A stretch of DNA of 64,000 bases, from NCBI RefSeq assembly GCF_057098645.1, contig NZ_CM169472.1; one strand, 5' to 3'. Below, piece after piece: positions 9,664 to 20,489 of this stretch. The notes under the pieces were generated by a model that searched no databases, was not told where the DNA came from, and saw only the letters and a list, made by a program, of their open reading frames with translations. A program made the position numbers and the translations under genes. Positions within the stretch are counted from its first letter, which is position 1. Each line of letters begins with the position of its first letter.

Positions 9664-11214
9664 ATGCAACGTCGTGATTTCTTGAAATATTCCGTCGCAC
9701 TGGGTGTGGCTTCAGCCTTGCCACTGTGGAGCCGTGCAGTCTTTGCGGCGGAACGCCCAACGTTACCGATCCCTGATTTGCTCACGACCGATGCCCGTAA
9801 TCGCATTCAGTTAACTATTGGCGCAGGTCAGTCTACCTTTGGCGAGAAAACTGCAACTACCTGGGGCTATAACGGCAATCTGCTGGGGCCGGCGGTGAAA
9901 TTACAGCGCGGCAAAGCGGTAACGGTTGATATCTATAACCAACTGACGGAAGAGACGACGTTGCACTGGCACGGGCTGGAAGTACCGGGTGAAGTCGACG
10001 GCGGCCCACAGGGAATTATTCCGCCAGGTGGCAAGCGCTCGGTGACGTTGAACGTTGATCAACCTGCCGCTACCTGCTGGTTCCATCCACATCAACATGG
10101 CAAGACCGGGCGACAGGTGGCGATGGGGCTGGCTGGTCTGGTGGTGATTGAAGATGACGAGATCCTGAAATTAATGCTGCCAAAACAGTGGGGTATCGAT
10201 GATGTTCCGGTGATCGTTCAGGATAAGAAATTTAACGCCGACGGGCAGATTGATTATCAACTGGATGTGATGACCGCCGCCGTGGGCTGGTTTGGCGATA
10301 CGTTGCTGACCAACGGTGCAATCTACCCGCAACACGCTGCCCCGCGTGGTTGGCTGCGCCTGCGTTTGCTCAATGGCTGTAATGCCCGCTCGCTCAATTT
10401 CGCCACCAGCGACAATCGCCCGCTTTATGTGATTGCCAGCGACGGTGGTCTGCTACCTGAACCGGTGAAGGTGAACGAGCTGCCGGTGCTGATGGGCGAG
10501 CGTTTTGAAGTGCTGGTGGAGGTTAACGACAACAAACCCTTTGACCTGGTGACGCTGCCGGTCAGCCAGATGGGGATGGCGATTGCGCCGTTTGACAAGC
10601 CGCATCCGGTAATGCGGATTCAGCCGATTGCTATTAGTGCCTCCGGTGCTTTGCCAGACACATTAAGTAGCCTGCCTGCGTTACCTTCGCTGGAAGGGCT
10701 GACGGTACGCAAGCTGCAACTTTCTATGGACCCGATGCTCGATATGATGGGGATGCAGATGCTAATGGAGAAATATGGCGATCAGGCGATGGCCGGAATG
10801 GATCACAGCCAGATGATGGGCCATATGGGGCACGGCAATATGAATCATATGAACCACGGCGGGAAGTTCGATTTCCACCATGCCAATAAAATCAACGGTC
10901 AGGCGTTTGATATGAATAAGCCGATGTTTGCGGCGGCGAAAGGGCAGTACGAACGTTGGGTTATCTCTGGCGTGGGCGACATGATGCTGCATCCGTTCCA
11001 TATTCACGGCACGCAGTTCCGTATCTTGTCAGAAAATGGCAAACCGCCAGCGGCTCATCGCGCGGGCTGGAAAGATACCGTTAAGGTAGAGGGTAATGTC
11101 AGCGAAGTGCTGGTGAAGTTTAATCACGATGCACCGAAAGAACATGCTTATATGGCGCACTGCCATCTGCTGGAGCATGAAGATACGGGGATGATGTTAG
11201 GGTTTACGGTATAA
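9664..11214 (+). CDS. cueO: Multicopper oxidase CueO (periplasmic cuprous oxidase), Tat-exported
   Basis: ORF 9625..11214; start at the ATG at 9664 ([28 protein letters not shown], twin-arginine signal) gives 516 aa; HWHG and HCHLLEHED copper-site motifs and a Met-rich insert ([46 protein letters not shown]) are present. Confidence 0.96.
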   Translation: MQRRDFLKYSVALGVASALPLWSRAVFAAERPTLPIPDLLTTDARNRIQLTIGAGQSTFGEKTATTWGYNGNLLGPAVKLQRGKAVTVDIYNQLTEETTLHWHGLEVPGEVDGGPQGIIPPGGKRSVTLNVDQPAATCWFHPHQHGKTGRQVAMGLAGLVVIEDDEILKLMLPKQWGIDDVPVIVQDKKFNADGQIDYQLDVMTAAVGWFGDTLLTNGAIYPQHAAPRGWLRLRLLNGCNARSLNFATSDNRPLYVIASDGGLLPEPVKVNELPVLMGERFEVLVEVNDNKPFDLVTLPVSQMGMAIAPFDKPHPVMRIQPIAISASGALPDTLSSLPALPSLEGLTVRKLQLSMDPMLDMMGMQMLMEKYGDQAMAGMDHSQMMGHMGHGNMNHMNHGGKFDFHHANKINGQAFDMNKPMFAAAKGQYERWVISGVGDMMLHPFHIHGTQFRILSENGKPPAAHRAGWKDTVKVEGNVSEVLVKFNHDAPKEHAYMAHCHLLEHEDTGMMLGFTV

Positions 11215-11269
11215 AAAGACCGTATTCGGAAATATGCCCGGATCTCTCCGGGCATTAAACTGATGACAA

Positions 11270-11385
11270 ACGCAAATCTGCCTGATGCGCTACGCTTATC
11301 AGGCCTACGCTACCTGTGCAATCCATTGATTTTGCACAATTTTGTAGGCTGGATAAGGCGTTCGCGCCGCATCCGGCATGAACAA
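11270..11385. repeat. REP pair with central IHF site (BIME/RIP-type element)
   Basis: Two REP-like units in inverted orientation, gcctgatgcgctacgcttatcaggcctac and gtaggctggataaggcgttcgcgccgcatccggca, flank a sequence whose reverse complement (aatcaatggattg) fits the IHF consensus WATCAAnnnnTTR. Confidence 0.7.
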
Positions 11386-11415
11386 CGCGCACGTTGTCAG
11401 CAATCTGAGCAAGTC

Positions 11416-13806
11416 TTACTTCACATCATCCGGCAGCGCATAAGCCACAATATAGTCGCCCATCTTCGTACCAAATGAACCGTGACCGCCTGCGGAGATC
11501 ACCACATACTGCTTACCATTCACTTCATAGGTCATTGGCGTCGCCTGACCACCCGCTGGTAAACGACCCTGCCACAGTTTTTCACCGTTGCTCATGTTGT
11601 AAGCGCGCAGGTAGTTATCTGCCGTAGCGGCGATAAACAGCACGTTACCCGCCGTGGAGATTGGCCCGCCCAGCATCGGCATACCCATATTGAACGGCAC
11701 CGGTACAGGCATCGGGAACGGCATACTGTCCTGCGGCGTACCAATACGTTTCTTCCACACCACTTCATTAGTTTTCAGATCCAGCGCCGAGATATAACCC
11801 CATGCTGGCTGTTTACATGGCAGACCAAATGGTGAGAGGAACGGGTTGAGCGTGACACCATACGGTACACCGTACTGTGGCTGAATGCCGGATTCCGTAC
11901 CCGTGCCTTTGGCATCTTTCGGCTGCTCCATCGGGTTACCAGGACCGCGAGGGATCAGTTTCGAAACAAACGGCAGTGCCATTGGGTTGGCAATCGCCAC
12001 TTCACGATTTGGATCAACGGAAATCCCGCCCCATTCAAACATCCCCAGGTTACCCGGGAAGACCAGCGTGCCCTGTTCAGATGGCGGCGTGAAAATGCCT
12101 TCATAGCGCATCTGGTGGAACATCACGCGGCACACCAGTTGGTCAAACATGGTGGCTCCCCACATATCCGCACCGCTCAAATCTTTCGTCGGACGGAAGC
12201 TCAGTTCCGAGAATGGTTGAGTAGGGGTAACGTAATCGCCTTTGGCAGCACCTTGGGGAACCGGTTTTTCCGGTGCCGGAACCACCAGTTCGCCATTACG
12301 ACGATCGAGCACAAAAATGTTGCCGGTTTTCGCCGGAGCGTAAATAACTGGCACTTTCTGACCATTAACGGTGATGTCCGCCAGCGTCGGCTGTGCCGGA
12401 AGATCCATATCCCACAGGTCGTGGTGAACGGTCTGGTAGCTCCACGCCAATTTCCCGGTTGTGGCATTCAGCGCCAGAATCGAGCTGGCATAACGTTCCT
12501 GTTCCGGTGTGCGGTTACCGCCCCAGATATCCGGCGTGGTCACGCCTATCGGCAGATACACCAGATCCAGCTTCGCGTCATAGGCCGCTGGTGCCCACGA
12601 GTTTGGCGAGTTAAAGGTAAAGGTGTGTTCGTCAGACGGGATTGCGTTCGGATCTTTCGCGCCGGGATCAAAAGCCCACAGCAGCTCCCCGGTGTTGACA
12701 TCAAAACCACGGATCACGCCAGACGTTTCGCGGGTTGAGAAGTTATCGGTAACTGAACCGGCCATCACGATGGTTTTATCGGTGATAATCGGTGGCGAAG
12801 TCGGTTCATACAGACCCGGTTTGGTGTCTGGCATATTGCTTTGCAGATTGAGCACGCCTTTATTGGCGAAGGTTTCGCACAGTTTGCCGTTTTCAGCGTT
12901 AATCGCAATCAGTCGACCATCATTGACCGGAAGAATGATACGACGCGGGCAATCCGCCATCACTTCCGGCGAAGCCGTTTCTGCTTTGGCTTCATGATAA
13001 GAGACGCCACGGCAGGTTACGTGCTGGAAAGACTCGTTAGTTTTCAGCTCAGGATCGTAATGCCATTTCTCTTTGCCGCTGGCGGCATCGAGCGCAAACA
13101 GGCGCTGGTGAGCGGTACACAGGTAAAGGGTGTCGCCCACTTTAATCGGCGTCACTTCATTGGTGATTTCGCCCGGATCGTTCGGCTGCTTCACATCGCC
13201 AGTACGGAACACCCAGGCTTCTTTCAGATTATGGACGTTATCGGCGTTAATTTGTTTCAGAGGTGAAAAGCGTTGACCTTCCTGATTGCGACCATAGGCA
13301 GGCCAGTCCTGATCGGCAACGGGTGAGATAGCTTCCGCAGGTGTGGCATCGGCGCTTAAGGTACCGTTGATTTCCTGCGGATCGTTAAATCCGGCCCAGG
13401 TCAGGATACCACCGCTAATCAGCAGTGCGACCACCAGTGCGGCAACTGCGCCGCTGGCAGGAATGACCAGGCGACGCCAGACAAACGGCAGGATCAGCCA
13501 GATGCCGAAGAAGACCAGAATATCGCTGCGCGGAGTCAGCGCCCAGAAGTCGAAACCAACTTCCCAGACGCCCCAAATCATGGTGCCGAGCAGCAGGGCG
13601 GCGTATAGCCAAAGCGCGGCACGTTTACTGCGCCACAGCATCCAGGCGACGCCGAGCATCACAAGGCCAGCGATAGGGTAGTACCAGGAGCCGCCAATCG
13701 CGACTAGCCAGCCTCCGCCAATGAGTAGATACAGCCCGCAAAGCGCTGCAAAAAGGGCTGTTAGCGTGACGAGTAATCGTCGCGAGCCTGTATTGTTAAT
13801 TGCCAT
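11416..13806 (-). CDS. gcd: Quinoprotein (PQQ-dependent) glucose dehydrogenase, membrane-bound
   Basis: ORF 11416..13824; start refined to the ATG at 13806 (MAINNTGSRRLLVTLTALFAALCGLYLL...), giving 796 aa with N-terminal transmembrane helices and a PQQ beta-propeller domain. Confidence 0.95.
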   Translation of the reverse strand: MAINNTGSRRLLVTLTALFAALCGLYLLIGGGWLVAIGGSWYYPIAGLVMLGVAWMLWRSKRAALWLYAALLLGTMIWGVWEVGFDFWALTPRSDILVFFGIWLILPFVWRRLVIPASGAVAALVVALLISGGILTWAGFNDPQEINGTLSADATPAEAISPVADQDWPAYGRNQEGQRFSPLKQINADNVHNLKEAWVFRTGDVKQPNDPGEITNEVTPIKVGDTLYLCTAHQRLFALDAASGKEKWHYDPELKTNESFQHVTCRGVSYHEAKAETASPEVMADCPRRIILPVNDGRLIAINAENGKLCETFANKGVLNLQSNMPDTKPGLYEPTSPPIITDKTIVMAGSVTDNFSTRETSGVIRGFDVNTGELLWAFDPGAKDPNAIPSDEHTFTFNSPNSWAPAAYDAKLDLVYLPIGVTTPDIWGGNRTPEQERYASSILALNATTGKLAWSYQTVHHDLWDMDLPAQPTLADITVNGQKVPVIYAPAKTGNIFVLDRRNGELVVPAPEKPVPQGAAKGDYVTPTQPFSELSFRPTKDLSGADMWGATMFDQLVCRVMFHQMRYEGIFTPPSEQGTLVFPGNLGMFEWGGISVDPNREVAIANPMALPFVSKLIPRGPGNPMEQPKDAKGTGTESGIQPQYGVPYGVTLNPFLSPFGLPCKQPAWGYISALDLKTNEVVWKKRIGTPQDSMPFPMPVPVPFNMGMPMLGGPISTAGNVLFIAATADNYLRAYNMSNGEKLWQGRLPAGGQATPMTYEVNGKQYVVISAGGHGSFGTKMGDYIVAYALPDDVK

Positions 13807-14011
13807 AAAGAGACACCATTTCAATTCATTAATATTTTAGTAGCAATTAATTATAGGTTTTAACATGTGTGACCGTCATCACAATTCGAGCTTTATTAAC
13901 AGATTCCGCGAATGAATAGTTTTACTGGTATACTGCATGTCTTGCGCTTTGTTGCGGTGCCAAAACCTGCCCGTGCGAAGTGATTTGTTTTTAAATCATA
14001 TGGTTAGAGAT

Positions 14012-14548
14012 ATGAAACATACTGTAGAAGTAATGATCCCCGAAGCGGAGATTAAAGCGCGTATCGCCGAACTGGGTCGTCAGATTACTGAGCGTTACAA
14101 AGACAGCGGCAGCGATATGGTGCTGGTGGGTCTGCTGCGTGGCTCATTTATGTTTATGGCGGACCTGTGCCGTGAAGTTCAGGTATCTCATGAAGTCGAC
14201 TTTATGACCGCCTCCAGCTACGGTAGCGGCATGTCCACCACCCGTGATGTGAAAATCCTCAAAGATCTGGATGAAGATATCCGTGGCAAGGACGTGCTGA
14301 TTGTTGAAGATATCATCGACTCGGGGAATACACTGTCGAAAGTGCGTGAGATCTTAAGCCTGCGCGAACCGAAGTCGTTGGCGATTTGTACGCTGCTGGA
14401 TAAACCGTCCCGTCGTGAAGTGAACGTCCCGGTAGAATTTATCGGTTTCTCGATCCCGGATGAGTTTGTGGTGGGTTACGGTATTGATTACGCACAGCGT
14501 TATCGTCATCTGCCGTATATCGGCAAAGTGATTCTGCTGGACGAGTAA
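14012..14548 (+). CDS. hpt: Hypoxanthine phosphoribosyltransferase
   Basis: ORF 13937..14548; [29 protein letters not shown]... from the ATG at 14012 gives 178 aa; an alternative in-frame ATG at 14000 (MVRDMKHT, 182 aa) cannot be excluded; PRPP-binding motif [13 protein letters not shown] is present. Confidence 0.92.
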
Positions 14549-14556
14549 GTGTGAAG

Positions 14557-14588
14557 TTGCCGGATGTGTTGCATCCGGCATGGCATTT
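14557..14588. terminator. Bidirectional rho-independent terminator between hpt and can
   Basis: Hairpin TTGCCGGATGtgttgCATCCGGCA followed by tggcatttttatttg between convergent genes. Confidence 0.7.
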
Positions 14589-15251
14589 TTATTTGTGGTT
14601 GGCGTGTTTCAGCTTGAGGTTGGAAATCCCATGACGGTAACGTTGCTCAAGGGTTTCGCGGTTGGTGGCAGTAACATCCAGATCACGCAGCAAGCCGTCG
14701 TGAATGCCATAGGCCCAGCCGTGAATGGTAACTTTCTGCCCGCGTTTCCACGCTGATTGCATAATGGTGGAGTGGCCCAGGTTATACACCTGTTCCATGA
14801 CGTTCAGTTCACACAAGGTATCCAGACGGCGCTCTTGCGGCATTTCGCCGAGCAATGAGCTATGTTTGAACCAGATATCGCGGATATGCAGCAGCCAGTT
14901 GTTGATAAGCCCCAGTTCCGGGTTTTCAACTGCGGCTTGTACGCCGCCGCAACCGTAGTGGCCACAGATAATAATGTGTTCAACTTCGAGTACATCCACT
15001 GCATACTGAACCACGGAAAGGCAGTTCAGGTCGGTGTGAATGACCAGGTTAGCAACATTACGGTGAACAAAGAGTTCGCCCGGCTCAAGACCGGTTAAAC
15101 GTTCTGCAGGAACGCGACTGTCGGAACATCCAATCCATAGAAAGCGCGGTTTTTGCGCTTGTGCCAGTTTCTCAAAAAACCCGGGATCCTCTTCCACCAG
15201 CATTTTTGACCATAGTGCATTGTTGCTGATGAGTGTATCTATGTCTTTCAT
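14589..15251 (-). CDS. can: Beta-class carbonic anhydrase 2
   Basis: 220-aa [50 protein letters not shown]...; beta-CA zinc ligands (CSDSR, HxxCG) are present. Confidence 0.95.
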   Translation of the reverse strand: MKDIDTLISNNALWSKMLVEEDPGFFEKLAQAQKPRFLWIGCSDSRVPAERLTGLEPGELFVHRNVANLVIHTDLNCLSVVQYAVDVLEVEHIIICGHYGCGGVQAAVENPELGLINNWLLHIRDIWFKHSSLLGEMPQERRLDTLCELNVMEQVYNLGHSTIMQSAWKRGQKVTIHGWAYGIHDGLLRDLDVTATNRETLEQRYRHGISNLKLKHANHK

Positions 15252-15359
15252 GGAGGTTAACGACCTGTAACCAAATAATTACGTTTGGCTAATATAGGGC
15301 AACTCCGGGACGATTTAAACCACAGATAAAGTGTAAGAACGTAAGGTAAGTAAAAATTT

Positions 15360-16286
15360 ATGACCATTGCACTGGAACTTCAACAGCTTAAAAAAAACTA
15401 TCCAGGCGGCGTTCAGGCGCTTCGTGGAATAGATTTGCAGGTCGAAGCGGGTGATTTTTATGCGCTTCTCGGGCCGAACGGGGCCGGGAAATCGACCACT
15501 ATCGGTATTATCAGCTCTCTGGTAAATAAAACCTCCGGGCGGGTCAGCGTATTTGGTTACGATCTCGAGAAAGATGTCGTGAACGCTAAACGTCAGTTGG
15601 GACTGGTGCCACAGGAATTTAACTTCAACCCGTTTGAAACCGTGCAGCAAATTGTGGTGAATCAGGCAGGGTACTACGGTGTGGAGCGCAAAGAAGCGTA
15701 CATCCGCAGCGAAAAATATCTTAAGCAGCTCGATTTATGGGGAAAACGCAACGAACGTGCGCGCATGTTATCTGGCGGGATGAAGCGCCGTTTAATGATT
15801 GCCCGTGCGTTAATGCATGAACCTAAACTACTGATTCTCGACGAGCCGACTGCAGGCGTGGATATTGAACTTCGCCGCTCAATGTGGGGCTTTTTGAAGG
15901 ATTTAAACGACAAAGGCACCACCATCATTCTCACCACACACTACCTGGAAGAAGCAGAAATGCTGTGTCGCAATATCGGCATTATTCAGCACGGTGAGCT
16001 GGTGGAAAATACCTCGATGAAGGCGCTGCTGGCGAAGCTGAAATCGGAAACCTTTATTCTCGATCTCGCACCGAAAAGTCCGTTACCGAAGCTCGATGGC
16101 TATCAGTACCGGCTGGTGGATACCGCGACGCTGGAAGTTGAAGTGCTGCGTGAGCAGGGGATCAACAGCGTATTTACGCAGTTAAGTGAGCAGGGCATTC
16201 AGGTATTAAGTATGCGTAACAAAGCTAACCGTCTGGAAGAGCTGTTTGTTTCACTGGTTAATGAAAAACAAGGAGATCGCGCATGA
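15360..16286 (+). CDS. yadG: ABC transporter ATP-binding protein YadG
   Basis: 308-aa ORF with Walker A GPNGAGKST, ABC signature LSGGMKRR and Walker B LLILDEPT. Confidence 0.93.
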   Translation: MTIALELQQLKKNYPGGVQALRGIDLQVEAGDFYALLGPNGAGKSTTIGIISSLVNKTSGRVSVFGYDLEKDVVNAKRQLGLVPQEFNFNPFETVQQIVVNQAGYYGVERKEAYIRSEKYLKQLDLWGKRNERARMLSGGMKRRLMIARALMHEPKLLILDEPTAGVDIELRRSMWGFLKDLNDKGTTIILTTHYLEEAEMLCRNIGIIQHGELVENTSMKALLAKLKSETFILDLAPKSPLPKLDGYQYRLVDTATLEVEVLREQGINSVFTQLSEQGIQVLSMRNKANRLEELFVSLVNEKQGDRA

Positions 16287-17053
16287 TGCATCTTTACTGG
16301 GTGGCGCTAAAAAGCATCTGGGCGAAAGAGATCCATCGCTTTATGCGTATCTGGGTGCAGACGCTGGTGCCGCCAGTTATCACCATGACCCTTTACTTTA
16401 TTATTTTCGGTAACCTGATTGGTTCGCGTATTGGCGATATGCATGGCTTCAGCTACATGCAGTTCATCGTACCGGGGCTGATCATGATGTCGGTGATCAC
16501 CAACGCCTACGCCAACGTCGCGTCATCATTTTTTGGTGCCAAATTCCAGCGTAATATTGAAGAGCTGCTGGTAGCGCCGGTTCCGACTCACGTCATTATT
16601 GCCGGATATGTCGGCGGTGGCGTGGCGCGTGGTCTGTTTGTTGGCATTCTGGTGACGGCAATTTCACTGTTTTTTGTGCCGTTTCAGGTGCATTCGTGGG
16701 TATTCGTTGCCTTAACCCTGGTGCTCACGGCGGTGTTGTTCTCCCTTGCGGGTTTGCTGAACGGCGTGTTTGCCAAAACGTTCGATGACATCAGCCTGGT
16801 GCCAACCTTTGTGTTAACGCCACTCACGTATTTGGGTGGGGTCTTTTACTCACTGACTTTGTTGCCGCCGTTCTGGCAAGGGCTGTCGCACCTGAACCCA
16901 ATCGTTTATATGATCAGTGGTTTCCGCTACGGCTTCCTCGGTATCAATGATGTTCCGCTGGTCACTACCTTTGGCGTACTGGTGGTCTTTATTGTGGCGT
17001 TTTATTTGATCTGTTGGTCGCTGATCCAACGTGGACGTGGTTTGCGTAGCTAA
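16283..17053 (+). CDS. yadH: ABC-2 type transporter permease YadH
   Basis: 256-aa hydrophobic ORF MMHLYWVALKSIWAKEIHRF...; its start overlaps the yadG stop by 4 nt (ATGA). Confidence 0.93.
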   Translation: MMHLYWVALKSIWAKEIHRFMRIWVQTLVPPVITMTLYFIIFGNLIGSRIGDMHGFSYMQFIVPGLIMMSVITNAYANVASSFFGAKFQRNIEELLVAPVPTHVIIAGYVGGGVARGLFVGILVTAISLFFVPFQVHSWVFVALTLVLTAVLFSLAGLLNGVFAKTFDDISLVPTFVLTPLTYLGGVFYSLTLLPPFWQGLSHLNPIVYMISGFRYGFLGINDVPLVTTFGVLVVFIVAFYLICWSLIQRGRGLRS

Positions 17054-17059
17054 GGCTAT

Positions 17060-17094
17060 TTCCTCTCCTCTGGATTTGGGGGAGAGGAGTTTTG
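17060..17094 (+). terminator. Rho-independent terminator after yadH
   Basis: Hairpin CCTCTCCTCtggatttggGGGAGAGGAG followed by tttt. Confidence 0.65.
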
Positions 17095-17157
17095 ACGGCT
17101 ATCACCCTTTATCAACAATGGTCAGGGTAGACTGATTTTCGGCTAAGGAGGAAGGCG

Positions 17158-17598
17158 ATGTTAGGTTGGGTAATTACCTGTCACGATGACCGGGCGCAAG
17201 AGATACTGGATGCGCTGGAGAAAAAACATGGGGCGCTTCTTCAGTGCCGGGCCGTGAATTTCTGGCGCGGATTAAGTTCTAATATGCTCAGCCGCATGAT
17301 GTGCGATGCTCTGCATGAAGCGGACTCTGGTGAGGGTGTCATCTTCTTAACCGATATAGCCGGAGCGCCACCGTATCGCGTGGCTTCATTATTAAGCCAC
17401 AAACACTCCCGTTGCGAAGTGATTTCTGGTGTCACGTTACCGTTAATTGAACAGATGATGGCTTGCCGTGAAACCATGACCAGTTCAGAGTTTCGCGAGC
17501 GTATTGTCGAACTGGGTGGGCCGGAGGTGAGTAGTCTTTGGCACCAGCAACAAAAAAATCCGCCTTTCGTCCTCAAACATAATTTGTATGAGTATTAA
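17158..17598 (+). CDS. yadI: PTS EIIA-like protein (mannose-family EIIA domain) YadI
   Basis: 146-aa ORF MLGWVITCHDDRAQEILDALEKKHG...; AGGAGGAAGG Shine-Dalgarno upstream. Confidence 0.88.
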   Translation: MLGWVITCHDDRAQEILDALEKKHGALLQCRAVNFWRGLSSNMLSRMMCDALHEADSGEGVIFLTDIAGAPPYRVASLLSHKHSRCEVISGVTLPLIEQMMACRETMTSSEFRERIVELGGPEVSSLWHQQQKNPPFVLKHNLYEY

Positions 17599-17661
17599 CC
17601 CGCGATTCTGATGGCGCTTTTGCTACAATAAAAGCGTTGTTTCACCCTCGGTTATTTTTTC

Positions 17662-18891
17662 ATGTACAAACAAGCTGTTATTCTCCTGCTGATGCTGTTT
17701 ACCGCAAGTGTCAGTGCCGCGTTACCTGCCCGTTATATGCAAACCATCGAAAATGCTGCGGTCTGGGCGCAAATTGGCGACAAGATGGTGACCGTGGGGA
17801 ATATTCGGGCCGGACAAATCATTGCCGTGGAGCCCACTGCCGCAAGTTATTACGCATTTAATTTTGGCTTTGGTAAAGGGTTTATCGATAAAGGGCATCT
17901 CGAGCCGGTTCAGGGGCGACAAAAAGTTGAAGACGGTTTGGGTGACCTCAACAAGCCGCTGAGTAATCAGAACTTAGTTACCTGGAAAGATACGCCGGTC
18001 TATAACGCGCCGAGTGCGGGCAGTGCGCCATTTGGGGTACTGGCGGACAATTTGCGCTACCCGATTTTGCATAAACTGAAAGACAGGTTAAATCAAACCT
18101 GGTATCAGGTCCGTATTGGCGATCGACTGGCCTATATCAGCGCGCTGGATGCCCAACCCGATAATGGCCTTCCGGTGCTAACTTATCACCATATTCTGCG
18201 CGACGAAGAAAACACCCGTTTTCGCCATACTTCGACGACCACCTCGGTACGCGCTTTCAATAACCAGATGGCCTGGCTGCGCGACAGGGGATACGCGACA
18301 CTGAGCATGGTGCAGCTGGAAGGTTACGTGAAGAATAAGATCAATCTCCCTGCGCGAGCGGTGGTGATTACCTTTGATGATGGCCTCAAGTCGGTGAGCC
18401 GCTATGCGTATCCTGTGTTGAAACAATATGGCATGAAGGCGACGGCGTTTATTGTTACCTCGCGCATCAAACGTCACCCGCAGAAGTGGAACCCAAAATC
18501 GCTGCAATTTATGAGCGTTTCTGAGCTTAACGAAATTCGCGATGTCTTTGATTTTCAGTCACATACCCATTTTTTGCATCGGGTGGATGGCTATCGCCGC
18601 CCCATATTACTGAGTCGTAGTGAGCACAATATTCTGTTTGATTTTGCACGTTCACGCCGCGCTCTGGCGCAATTTAATCCGCATGTCTGGTATCTTTCGT
18701 ATCCGTTTGGCGGATTTAATGACAAAGCCGTGAAGGCAGCAAACGATGCCGGATTTCACCTGGCGGTGACAACCATGAAAGGCAAAGTAAAACCGGGGGA
18801 TAATCCGTTGTTACTAAAACGACTTTATATCTTAAGAACGGATTCGCTGGAGACGATGTCGCGGCTGGTGAGTAACCAGCCGCAGGGATAA
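17662..18891 (+). CDS. yadE: Putative polysaccharide deacetylase family lipoprotein YadE
   Basis: 409-aa ORF with signal peptide [23 protein letters not shown] and a NodB-like deacetylase-type region (VITFDDG, THF motifs). Confidence 0.88.
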   Translation: MYKQAVILLLMLFTASVSAALPARYMQTIENAAVWAQIGDKMVTVGNIRAGQIIAVEPTAASYYAFNFGFGKGFIDKGHLEPVQGRQKVEDGLGDLNKPLSNQNLVTWKDTPVYNAPSAGSAPFGVLADNLRYPILHKLKDRLNQTWYQVRIGDRLAYISALDAQPDNGLPVLTYHHILRDEENTRFRHTSTTTSVRAFNNQMAWLRDRGYATLSMVQLEGYVKNKINLPARAVVITFDDGLKSVSRYAYPVLKQYGMKATAFIVTSRIKRHPQKWNPKSLQFMSVSELNEIRDVFDFQSHTHFLHRVDGYRRPILLSRSEHNILFDFARSRRALAQFNPHVWYLSYPFGGFNDKAVKAANDAGFHLAVTTMKGKVKPGDNPLLLKRLYILRTDSLETMSRLVSNQPQG

Positions 18892-18894
18892 CAA

Positions 18895-19275
18895 TCAAGC
18901 AACCTGTACCGGAATCGCTTTCGCGGTACGTTTCATTTCATTGTCGCCTTCAAAATAGGCGACGTTGGGTCGCCAGGTGCGAGCTTCTTCATCTGGCATG
19001 GTAACGAAGCTGGCGATGATGACAATATCGCCGACACTGGCGCAGTGGGCCGCCGCACCGTTAACAGAAATAATTCTCGAACCGCGTTCTGCCGCGATGG
19101 CATAAGTGGAGAAACGCTTGCCGTTGGTGACATTCCAGATATCAATGGCTTCGTTTTCGAGAATACCGGCTGCGTCAAGAAAATCCTGGTCAATGGCGCA
19201 AGAACCTTCATAGTGCAGGTCCGCATGAGTCACTTTCACGCGGTGGAGTTTGCCCTGCAGCATCGTGCGAATCAT
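18895..19275 (-). CDS. panD: Aspartate 1-decarboxylase proenzyme
   Basis: 126-aa [36 protein letters not shown]..., including the G-S self-cleavage site (EGSCA). Confidence 0.96.
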
Positions 19276-19548
19276 AACTTCTACCTTTCTACCCTGTCGT
19301 TAACGAAGCAGGCGGTGCCTGCTTTGAGGAAATTCTCACGCAGTATTGCCCGATTTTTGTTTAGTGTCTACTCATCTGACGGCATTTGCATCAGCAGTTT
19401 GCGTACCGCGCCGAAGCGTGCCATGTATCGCCTGTAACGAATTGATATTTCTCTGAACGCTGCTCGGTAAACAATAAAGAGGTGGCTGACGATAGCACGC
19501 CTTGACTGGATACTGCCTTCACGCAAGACAACACGGAAGACAGGGAAG

Positions 19549-20421
19549 ATGGATGCACCGAGTACCACACCGCATGACGCGGTATTTAAACAATTTTTAA
19601 TGCATGCGGAGACGGCTCGCGACTTTCTGGAGATACATTTGCCAGTGGAATTACGCGAACTTTGTGACCTCAATACGCTTCATTTAGAGTCGGGGAGTTT
19701 CATTGAAGAGAGCCTGAAAGGACACAGCACGGACGTGCTCTATTCCGTACAAATGCAGGGCAATCCCGGTTATCTGCATGTAGTGATTGAACATCAAAGC
19801 AAGCCAGATAAGAAAATGGCTTTTCGCATGATGCGTTATTCTATTGCCGCCATGCACCGGCATCTGGAGGCTGACCACGATAAGCTGCCGCTGGTGGTGC
19901 CGATACTGTTTTATCAGGGCGAGGCCACACCTTATCCGCTCTCAATGTGCTGGTTTGATATGTTTTACTCGCCTGAGCTGGCGCGACGCGTCTATAACAG
20001 TCCTTTCCCGCTGGTGGATATCACTATCACACCGGATGACGAAATCATGCAACATCGGCGGATTGCGATTCTCGAACTACTGCAAAAACATATTCGCCAG
20101 CGCGACTTAATGTTATTGCTGGAGCAACTGGTCACGCTGATTGACGAAGGGTACACTAGCGGAAGTCAGTTAGTTGCCATGCAAAACTATATGCTGCAAC
20201 GCGGTCATACTGAACAAGCGGATTTGTTTTACGGTGTGTTGAGAGACAGGGAAACGGGAGGGGAGTCTATGATGACGCTGGCGCAGTGGTTTGAAGAGAG
20301 GGGAAGACAGGAGGAAAGGCAAGAATTCGTCCTGCGTCTTCTGAATAAAGGAATGTCTCGGGAAGACGTTGCAGAGATGGCAAATTTACCCCTTGCCGAG
20401 ATTGATAAGCTGATTAACTAA
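19549..20421 (+). CDS. rpnC: Rpn-family (YhgA-like, PD-(D/E)xK) recombination-promoting nuclease
   Basis: 290-aa ORF MDAPSTTPHDAVFKQFLMHAETARDFLEIHLPVELRE... recognised as the E. coli YadD/RpnC family; it sits between panD and panC as in E. coli; the exact 5' start is uncertain. Confidence 0.85.
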   Translation: MDAPSTTPHDAVFKQFLMHAETARDFLEIHLPVELRELCDLNTLHLESGSFIEESLKGHSTDVLYSVQMQGNPGYLHVVIEHQSKPDKKMAFRMMRYSIAAMHRHLEADHDKLPLVVPILFYQGEATPYPLSMCWFDMFYSPELARRVYNSPFPLVDITITPDDEIMQHRRIAILELLQKHIRQRDLMLLLEQLVTLIDEGYTSGSQLVAMQNYMLQRGHTEQADLFYGVLRDRETGGESMMTLAQWFEERGRQEERQEFVLRLLNKGMSREDVAEMANLPLAEIDKLIN

Positions 20422-20489
20422 GTTGTCTGCATCATCAGTTATAGCCAGATAATTGTTATTGTTAACTGACCAGATAATTAAGGGAACCT

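Noticed and set aside
12115-13681. Several plus-strand ORFs (207, 141, 124 and 112 aa) antisense to gcd
   Set aside because: Antisense shadows within a well-supported 796-aa gene; no start-site context.
19276-19548. Possible small gene between panD and the Rpn gene (ORFs 19045..19437 plus, 19368..19673 minus)
   Set aside because: The ORFs overlap flanking genes in antisense, have no ribosome-binding sites, and the region is better explained as the Rpn gene promoter and 5' UTR.
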